This document shows positions 54,401 through 64,000 of a stretch of DNA of 64,000 nt, piece after piece. The position numbers and the translations under genes were made by a program. Within the stretch, counting starts at the first letter, position 1; each line of letters begins with the position of its first letter. Origin of the DNA: Diadema antillarum (lineage: Eukaryota); the NCBI RefSeq assembly GCF_040938485.1, contig NW_027271072.1:2914001-2978000 (forward strand), given 5' to 3'. The notes below the pieces were generated by a model. That model saw only the letters and a program-made list of their open reading frames with translations. It had not been told where the DNA came from and searched no databases.

Positions 54401-57400
54401 ACACAAGAAAGAAACCAAGAGTATCTTTATGCAAAGAATCTTGACATGAAATATACAGCACCACATATTTATTTGTTTCCCCTTCTGCTCAAACATTATG
54501 GTATTGATGTGACGGCACAGACACAACAGATTAGTGTCCCAGTTTCTTATTCTGCCCTTTTCCTTGGCTTTACAAGAATATCGTTCTTCCAAGAAACACA
54601 ACTGTGCTGACTATAGAGGCACACACTCGCAAAAGCATACATACATATTTCAAGCAGCAAACGGATCCGAGTCAATATGACACCATATCTCTCGCAGACG
54701 TCACAAAAATCACAAGTAATGCAGCTTTCCATTTTTTTTACTGTAAATTTGTGATGCCCCTACACAGTGGTATCTATGTAGCAGTGTGACACATTTCATC
54801 CAACTTAATAAAAGACGTGTTTAAGGTTTCTACAACCTTAATCTATTATAAATATTACATTAAGGGATAAAGAAAGAAAATAGATTTTCTCATCTTCGTG
54901 CCAGTTGCTATAAATGTACATTACTCCAAGCCCTGCAAGGTTAAGAACACATATGGTAGCATATCAGATTTGATACCTAACACATCAAACGTCGTAGTCC
55001 AGTTACCATACAGAATTAGTGTTGTTTCCCTTATTGTAACATTACCATTAGAGTCACTTTTCCATAAGTACAATTTGCTCTGTTGTCACTACACTCCGGG
55101 GTATAACAACTGACAGACATATATTTAGGGAATGATTTCTTTCACACTTGCAGTAATCCCAATCAAAATTTCACAACAATCAGAAAGAACATCCTCTGAT
55201 ATCTCACGGCGTACTTTTCTCATTTTGCATAAATCACAACCATTTAATTTGGCAAGAAGAGAGAGAGAAAGAAACCGCAAGGAGCGTTCATAGAAAAAAA
55301 AAAAAACGCTCTGTCTTATTTACTCTGAAACATGCTCGATACATTTACTTGCACAACGCCATACAACTTACTACATGTAATATACATAGTGCACATAGCA
55401 ACATAGAAGTATACATTTCAACAGATTAAACATGTACATGCCAACGCTTGGTTAATCACCACTATATTCAAAGCTTAATGCTTACAAAGCTTGTAATCTG
55501 AATACAAATACGCAATCTATATATATATTAAATATTTCCTAAAGAGATATACACTTGCGCTCCTCCAGTCACCTTTGTTTTCTTTCATTCAGCGAGGTGG
55601 AATTCTGATGTTCAGACACACAGACATACAAATGGGGCCTGTGCCTACATAATCCTACTGAAGATTTCTATTCATGTGCATCCACGCTTGACAGGTATAC
55701 AAAAACAGTTTGTAAAAATATATTCTTTAGATCTCTAGGGAAAACAAAAATGGGACTGACATTTTCCCATTTGTGAAAGTCATTGAATTTGAAATATTAC
55801 AAGCATTCATCATTCAGCTTCCTCCTCTATGTAAGGAATAAAGACGTTTCTTTTCGTCTTGGTATAAGAACACCGTCAACGCGCAGTTTCATTCAACAGC
55901 GTATGAGTGAATTAGAGTGCACACATGTAAAGAACATTTAATGATTGTAATTGCACAGGGGTAAGTGAGAAAGCATTACAACTGGTAATCACTTGTGTGA
56001 GAGAGAGAGAAATAAAAAAATGAAGGCACTTGGTTAACATTAGAGACGGCAATACTACTCACCATGGGTTCAATACTGGTTTAATAGTTTGTGCATTCTG
56101 GATTAGGGATCACAGAGTTAATCTGCTCTATGAGCTTAAAAGTTGTATCTTCTCAAGCTCATAAGGTTCTGAGAGTAATTCTGGAGAAAAAGCGTCAAAG
56201 AACATCAAATGTCATGGAGCAAAACCTGCACATAGCAGCCACCAAGGATGATGTCATTGAAAAAGTCCAGAGTTATTGCGTGTTTGTCCACAACAACTGG
56301 AGTAATTCACATGGCATTTTAATCTCATTGATACTTCTTGCAACCACACCATTAATTACTAATGGTCACAAATGTGTGTACTCAAACCCTTGATGCACCT
56401 ACATTTAAACTTTTTCTGTCTCTCTTTCTCATTTCCTGTTTTATTCAGGGGGGGGGGGGGTTGTTTTCCCAGACCCAATACACGGTTGTCGAAAGTTTTC
56501 GTAGTCTGCCAAAGTGTGGTGGCTGCATACTGTTCTGTCAGGCAACTGAAAGCCCGGAATGTGCATGATGATGATGACTGGCTGAAGAGACAGACTGACC
56601 CAACTTTGAGATGAGATGTGTAAGTCAGGAAGCCACAGATGCAAATCATGTTCAAAATGAACAACACACAAAAAACAGCAAATAAATCAACAACTAAATA
56701 ATGGTGAAAGCATCTTCATTCTACGCCTTTCAGTGGCACTACCCCACCAAAAATCTGTGCTGATATACAGGGCACACGACATTGAAAGAAAGTGCTTTCA
56801 CCATATTGAGTGTCATTTATGTGTCAATCCTGAAAGAGCAGTTCAAAACCCTTGCCTACACAAATATGGCATAATGCCTGCAAAGAGATAGTTGGCACAA
56901 CCATTCAAAATGAGCCACTTTAATTTGACTCTGTGGAGCTAGACACAAACATGACAGTCTTCAACAGATTTTGTTAACACATAGAAATGAAATCATAAGA
57001 TGACTAATAAAACTGAGTAATCAGCGAGATGGCAAAAAGATACTCAAGAAAAGGCAAGCAAATGATCTAGTTTTTGCTTGAACAATCTGGACCTTATGAC
57101 TTCCCCCGCGTCAAGTCACATGACCAACGTGTGTCATGTGACCAGATCAGGCAGCGTCGAGGCCAAAAGCATTCAAACTGCAAAGAATGTCATTGCTACA
57201 AATGATGTGGCACTATAATCCTCTTTGACAGTTTCCCTGAATCAATGTGTACCAGGTACAGTTGGTCATACAGCGCACATGGGTTCTATCTTTGGTCAAT
57301 GCTCTTACAACAGATACACATTGCTATTGTCATCTAAACAGACGAACAACATGGAAGAGTCTGGGGTGCTTCTACCAGTTGAGTGGCACGGTGACAGCTT

Positions 57401-58020
57401 GAGTGATAGAGTGGGAAGCATGATATTCATAGACTTATCCATTGGGAATTTCAAAAGCATTTGGAAGTTAAATCTGACCACATGCTGACATCTTCATTTA
57501 ACAGCACTGAAACAAGCGAGCGTGATGTTAATAGTCTGAACAAAGTGCTGTATGAAAATTGAACAAATTACCACCTGATCAAGCGTCATGAGTCAATTAA
57601 CAGTCACTGTCGGTTTGCTACAAAATTCTCTGGGCTTACAGAAATTATACTGATTTTGTACAGAAAGCTCCACTTCACTTCATGTCATCATAACAAGAAG
57701 ATGACAACAATTACAATAATAATCAACTGTTTTCCAAGGCACTATACATCTTGAGAGTTATCATTGAATACAAAATGGGGTTATCCACTCCAGAAGCACT
57801 TTGTAACTGGTTTTAAAAAATGTCTTAGAAAAATTCCCTTTGGCAAATGGAACATTAGAATTGATGAATGCTGAAAAACACACTTCACCGGGAAAAAACA
57901 AACTAGTGAATGATCTTACAGATGCACTAGATTGCAATCAATTTGACCTGTTGCTTGGGATGGTATCGAGGAACATACTGACAGGAGCCGCAATAACTTT
58001 CACTATTCAGTGTTCAGTAT

Positions 58021-60722
58021 TCAATGTTCTTCAGCAGTCACATACTCCTCAGATGTCGGTGTGTTAAGGATGCCTTTCTCTGAGACTGCATCTTTGAAGC
58101 TGCTTTCAGAGGAAACCGATCGGTTGAGGGGCGATTGCAACAGCTCTGCACCATGCGGCTCCTCTGAAGACAAATCTCCATACAGGGCCAGAACGTCCAG
58201 GGTGGTTGGCACCGTTGACGCCCTTTGGCTGACCGGGTCGATGGAAAACTCAATGCTGACTTGACTGGTGGTGGAGGAGGTCTTAGTCCTTGTTACCGTC
58301 ATGCTGTTCAGGGAGAATGGAGCAGCGCCATCGGAGCTCACTGGTGAATGAATCTCCAGCGTCTCAATCTCTGGGAAGACTGGATCAGATGATGATGACA
58401 ATGAGATTTGCTTGGCATCTGATGTGGAATTGTCACTGAGCAGCTCAATGGCATCCAGGTGAGTGTTAAGTGACTCAGACTTTGTTGCACCCATGGACAG
58501 CTCACTTGAAGATGTCTCAAACACCTCTGGAAAGGGTACACTGAGCTCCTCCTGTTGCTGAGTGGATTCAATCGTCTCACCTGCCTTGTCTGCCTGCCTT
58601 TCAGACTCCACTAGATTTTTTCCACTTTCATCTGTTTCAAGGGCATCCATCTCAACCTCAACAGTGTCTCTGCTGGAATCGTCAGCATCAGCTTTGGCCT
58701 TCATCTCCTCCTTTGGATCGGTAACAGTGCGTGGGATGGGTTTGTGAGCAGCTTTTTCTAGTTCCTCAAACCTCTCCCTGATAGATTTAAACATGGCTGG
58801 TGTGACTTCTTCCTCTGTGTTGCTTGCAGTGGATGCTAGTCTACTGATTGATTCCAGGAGACCTTCCTTGATGGCATTAATGTTGGCGAGGCGAGCCTCA
58901 GGACATGGTGAGCTGCGGCCACTGCTATGTAAGCTGGATGCGTAGCTGTCCTGGTAGCTGCTTAATCCAAAGGACAAGTCTCCGACATCTGACACACTGC
59001 TGCTGATAGATGCGCCATCTGTGGAATCTTTACCGTCGGAGTTGTGCCTGGATCGTGTTCTTGGCTTTGCAACCCATTCCTCAAGCTCTTTCCTTCTTTC
59101 ACCCAGCGTCTTAAAGCCCATGCTGGATCGGTGCTGTGGGGATTTGTTTGGTTGTTTGGTTTCATGCTGGAAGCTCCTTAGCCTCTCCTGGATTCCAGGC
59201 TGGACAGGGGTAACCACTTTGGGCTCCTGCCTGCCAGAATTAGTCACCTCAAACTTGCGGACATAGTCCCTGACAGACTTTCTGCTCTTGGATGAACGTG
59301 CGAGAGATCGCCGAGAAACACCTAACTTCTCGTCTTCAGAGTCAGTCAGACTTCTGGTTGGTGTTGAGGTTTCTGAAGATTTGGGATCACTACCAGAGTT
59401 GTCTATCTCGAAGCGTTTGATGATTGTACCACTTTGGCTGTGCGTGACTGCCCATGCAACCTGTTTGCCATCACTCTCCGAGGATGATTCACTGTTTTTT
59501 CTTGTTACGACAATGGTGGACTGCTGCTGTCTTATAAGACGACTATACTTTCTGGCTAACCTTTGAACCTTCTTTTTGGCATCGCTCATCTCCTTGTCTT
59601 CCTCCTCCTCCTCCTCATTTTGAGAATCAAGTGCATTATCCTCATCTTTGGTTGAACCGGTCTCTTCGCTTCCATCTCTCTTTGCAAGGGCTACATCTTC
59701 TTTGTCAAGATCAATGATCTCTTCATCATTGATGATGATGGACACCTTCTCTTTCCTCTTTGCAGCACTTGGGTCTTTGACAGTATCCATGTCTGTGTGA
59801 GGAGTGGACGTTCCACTTTCACTTTCACTCTTTGCTGCATACTTGGCCCCTAGCTGTTGGAAGGCAATGTTGATGGAGTCTGCAAGATTTTCGTGAGAGG
59901 AAAGAGACGAAAGGTCCCCGTCGACAGTCCCAAATGTGGATGCAGAAGAACCTAGCGCGTTCTGCTTGTCTACGTTGCTCTCGATGGAATCGCCCAGATC
60001 GGACTTGTGATCTGTGATGTTGGGATCAGAGTGACACTTGGCAAGTTCTGACCAAGCGTGAAGGCAGATGTCATCACTCCTCGTTCTGGACAGCCGCATC
60101 TTGGTGAAGTGTGGGTGCGTGCGTTGGTGAGCAATGTCTGCACTCTGCGGCCTGGAGGGGATGTGGGAGAAAGAGCGGTTCCTCATGAAGGATGGCTTGT
60201 CAGGCATGGGCACCCACACGTCGTGATCCTTGCTGAAGCGGTCGTTGAGAGGACGATACTCTTTGAGGTCCACTCTTCGCAGCTTGAAGAGCTCCGCCCC
60301 ACCCACAGTGGGCAGGCTCCTCCTTGGAGGTCTCGGTGACAATTCTATGTCCAGGATGGGATCTCTGTCCAGATGGTTGTCATCCGACAGCTGCTCCAGT
60401 GCCTCTAATTCATCAGGGCTCTCCCCCTCACTACCCTTGGCAACCTCTCCCTCCTCTTCCTCAGTATCATCCAGACCCTCCTGCCTCTTGAAACCATTCT
60501 CCAGCTTCCGTACAGCCCCGTTCTTCTTCTTACTCAGCTTGCTCTCCCCTCCTTTGGCCTCATCCGCACTGCTCTTGTCCTCGGAGTCGAGCTTGAGGTG
60601 TTCTGACAGGGTCATGCTCCCGATGCCGGAATCTCTGTTGGACTCTTTTCTGTCTCCGAGACTCTTTGACAACACCAACTTCTTGGTCGAAGTGCTTGGA
60701 GAGCCGGACTCTTGCTTCACAT
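58021..60722 (-). CDS. Terminal coding exon (900 codons incl. stop) of a large gene; Ser/Glu-rich, probably disordered C-terminus, likely a PLEKHG1/2/3-family RhoGEF
   Basis: Part of the 906-codon ORF. Acceptor TTTTCCATTACAG|AT at 60723/60722 matches the phase of the upstream exon. KKVQRLARKYSRLIR resembles the KVxQLARQYSxxIK motif recalled from vertebrate PLEKHG1/3. The DH-PH domains are not in the window, so the family call is tentative. Confidence 0.8.
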
Positions 60723-61266
60723 CTGTAATGGAAAATGACAAGTGGGTGTAAGAATAATATGCACTAAGGAGAAATCTGTGTCGAGTCTATCCAGGAATCC
60801 ACTTGTCAAGCATGACAGACTTGGAAGAAAAGATCCGAGAATCAATTTTGTTGGAGAAAATTTCTGTAGGTGTTTGTGTTTCAACTATGCACTCAATGAA
60901 GCATATTTACATTTAATCACTTTAACCCCCTTTGTCTACAAATTTTACAGTCCTATTACCCGATAAGCAAAAAATGACATACAGTCACCTTGAAAGAAAA
61001 TTTTATTCAAGAATGATTTCTTGATGACACAGAGAGGTACACTTGTACTGCAGCGTTCTCTGCAAACTTCTTGCACCTCACGTTATCACAAAGCAAAATT
61101 CTTACAAACCTATTTGTTTCCAAGCAATGATACAAATTTTGTGAAGGTGCATACACCTCATAGTAAACAAATGCATCACATTATTCTTCCTCTATAATAA
61201 TCTGATACAGACGGAAGTCTGGTAATCTTAAAGAGAAGAGAGCACGAGCCTGGGACATATACTGAC

Positions 61267-61345
61267 CTTCTTCACCAATCAAGTCCTTTTCCTTCAAATC
61301 TTCAGGCTTTGCTAGAGGTGCTAGGCTGCTCTCTCCCTTATCAAC
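61267..61345 (-). CDS. Penultimate coding exon (79 nt) of the same large minus-strand gene
   Basis: TGCAG|GTT...GAA G|GTCAGT; encodes VDKGESSLAPLAKPEDLKEKDLIGEE and ends in phase 1, joining the 60722 acceptor in frame (G+AT=Asp). Confidence 0.7.
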
Positions 61346-61565
61346 CTGCATAACATAACAGGAGCAAGTCAAAAAGAGAGTAATTAATAATCTTTGATGA
61401 AGTTTGTGCTCTTGAAAACAAGGAGGTGGTAGTGATGGTGCACTTTCACCTGTCTCAAAATTGAGTATCTCTCAACATCTGATACTGAAGTGAGAGAAAA
61501 CTGGCAATGTATACTTGGTTGAAGTCAATTGTACTTTGTCATATACCGATAATCAAACTTCATGT

Positions 61566-61738
61566 CAGGGGGGCATTTCATGAAGGAACTTGTCGGATAA
61601 AATATCTGACAAGTCAATTATATCCGACAAGTTTTGAGAAATTCTTTAGTCTGATTGGCTGATTTCTCTGAACTTGTCGGATATAATTGACTTGTCAGAT
61701 ATTTTATCTGACAAGTTCCTTCATGAAATGCCCCCCTG
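61566..61738. mobile_element. Palindromic MITE (173 bp)
   Basis: CAGGGGGGCATTTCATGAAGGAACTTGTC... with a near-perfect inverted arm of about 65 bp at the other end. Confidence 0.75.
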
Positions 61739-63187
61739 ATCTCATAGCATCATGAGTTCACACAGGTTCCATAATGCATCAGCTGCATTCTTTTTTGATG
61801 ATGAATCTCGATTGGAAATGTTTGACGAACTGTTCATTTCTAGCATTAAAGTATAAAATTGATGATACTTTTTCATTATACTGTATAAGCTGTTATTTTC
61901 ACGTAGATAATTTCATGAATGGGGATGTCGAAAACATTTTCGAGAGACGTTGTTTTTGTGATTGTGACACAGAGGCTGTCGTAAGTGCACTGATGCTTGT
62001 CCATTCGTGGTATCTTCGCATGTTGTTAAACTTGCGGCCCAACAGTGATTCGCAAAATTTGCAAAAATTAAACCCTTGTGAAAATGATAGCTAATAAAGT
62101 TCTAGAAATAGAAAGGATTCTAAACCAATCTGTTACTTCCCACAAACTTCTGTTTTCTTTACTGAAAAAAAAAAAACAAAAAAAAAATGGATGGGAATAC
62201 TCTCCTAAATGTAGGATGTCTCCTTCTGGAAATGATCAAATAATGAGATTTGATGATTGAAATAATATGGATCTTGATCCCTGATTCTACTGAGACTTGG
62301 CCAAAATTCAAGCCATAGTGCAGGCCTCCAAGAAATGCAAGCTAGTGTGTAATGCAGTCTGTCCCTACATCTTTATACATCAATGAAAGTTTTCTGACTT
62401 CAAGTATGAAAAAAAAAAAAAATTGGTGTGTGGACACAATTACATAACACCACTGTTCAGTGACTGCTTATGACTGTATATCAGTACTTTTTCTATTAAT
62501 TAACTGCTGCATGAATGATTAAATATATCCTTCATATCAGATCAGGGACAATGTACCAAAAAGCCTCTTCCTCTCCTATAACAGGCCCTCCAGGGTAGTT
62601 AAATCATGACATATTCAGTTTGGCACTTCCAGGGCAACAGGGCTTTTCAGGATTTGTCGTGTGGATAGATCGGTGGGGCCATATAATGCAAGGAAAACAC
62701 AAGACATCATGATGCATACTATTGACCCTACAAGCCAGTAGTTCCCGAAGGGATTTATCTTGAAGAGATAACATGCCTATGACAGTAGACCCACATGTTT
62801 TTTGTTCTTTTTTTAATACGGCAGATATTTCTGGATGGCCAGATTGATATGTCCTGCAGCTTCACCACCAACCACTAAGAATGAGGCTTGATGGGTTTAG
62901 GGGTGGAGGAAAGATGTGACAGTTTATCATTCTATGACAGCCTTCACTGATATCCAGGGTTTGAGGGTCTAGAGGCAGAGAAGAAGCTTGTGACAGTTTA
63001 ATTGCTCTGTACAAGACATGCTGCTAGTATTGTCTATAAGACAGATTCTTCATCTTGCCTTTTAAACCAACAGTCTATAAACTTCTCTTTCTTTTTTTTT
63101 GGTATTGTATATTAGATATAATCTTACGCCCGCTTGGCAGAAATTCATCATATTGGATCATCACCTTAATTCTCAGATCTTGTATAC

Positions 63188-63350
63188 AAATAATGACTGC
63201 TATGAGGGGCACAGTTAAAATTATGGGCCCAAGGTGATGTGAAAACCGTAACTATGCCCGAAGCGAAGCTGAGGGCATGGTTATGGTTTTCACATCACCG
63301 AGGGCCTACATAATTTTAACTGTACCCCGAATATCAAGCAGTCATTATTT
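63188..63350. repeat. 163-bp long hairpin element
   Basis: AAATAATGACTGC..CAGTTAAAATTATG..GGTGATGTGAAAACC pairs with its reverse complement around a GAAGCGAAGCTGA loop. Confidence 0.75.
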
Positions 63351-64000
63351 GTTTTATATACCGAAAATATAGATTCCGAAATATAGATACCGAAAATATA
63401 GATTCTAGTCCCTTTTACAGCACTCGTATCAATGCTGATCGACAGCGCGGTGGTCGTATCATTGGTGCGTACAGTGATGTGTACAGTGTACGTTACGTGT
63501 ACTACGGGGTTGCGATTGTCTCCAAACCAGTCCGCTAGTCTCTTTTACAGCACGCTGATTGAATGCGCGGCGGTCGTATCATTGGTGCGTACATATGAGC
63601 GATCTACATGTACGGAGTCGCGACTGTCTCTACAACCTATTTACTAACTGTGCCCGGGCCCCGGTCACAGTAACTCAAAAATAGGGCACAGTTATTTTCA
63701 TGACTCCCCTTTTAACCAATCAGATGAGAGGATTCTAGAAATGAGGTATATAATATCCTCTGGTCAACATTTTCAAAGTTGGAATGAAGAGTAAAAAACA
63801 AAATGTTTACCCTCATATACAATAACACAGAAAAATGGTGTGTTACAATTGTCGCTGTCACTCAAATGGCTGAAAAATTCAAGGTGGGCTGAAAATATTA
63901 AATCTTTTGAGTTTTTGCATAGTTAGAGATTTATCATCCATTATTTCAGAAATTTGGTTTTGAAAAACTTTGAAATAATGATTTCTCCCCCCTTGAAATG

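Noticed and set aside
60230-60751. 173-aa plus-strand ORF and other ORFs within 58010-60751
   Set aside because: Antisense or out-of-frame shadows of the 900-codon exon.

Overview
This is AT-rich, repeat-dense, intron-containing metazoan DNA; the repeat landscape suggests a marine invertebrate, possibly an echinoderm (inference only). Genes in order: ACTR2/Arp2 first coding exon (-, rest of the gene off the left edge), head-to-head with a complete 4-exon neudesin NENF (+); a complete 8-exon JKAMP (-); two tandem YPEL5 paralogues (+), one with a CDS intron and one without; and the last two coding exons (-) of a large gene with a 900-codon disordered C-terminal exon, probably a PLEKHG1/2/3-type RhoGEF. 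Introns and intergenic DNA hold many non-autonomous DNA transposons (Helentron/DINE-like, Kolobok-like, piggyBac-like, Tc1/Tigger-like, Harbinger-like, a hAT-like family with 6-bp TSDs), a tRNA-derived SINE, microsatellites and two assembly gaps. The most unusual observations are: (1) a 5-unit tandem array in JKAMP intron 4 that copies the real 3' splice site four extra times, each followed by an in-frame stop; (2) the YPEL5 pair with precise intron presence/absence; (3) a promoter-like, hairpin-dense block inside ACTR2 intron 1 with divergent splice donors. No prokaryotic features, CRISPR arrays, rRNA or intact tRNA genes were seen. All calls come from manual reading and recalled homology; no database searches were run.
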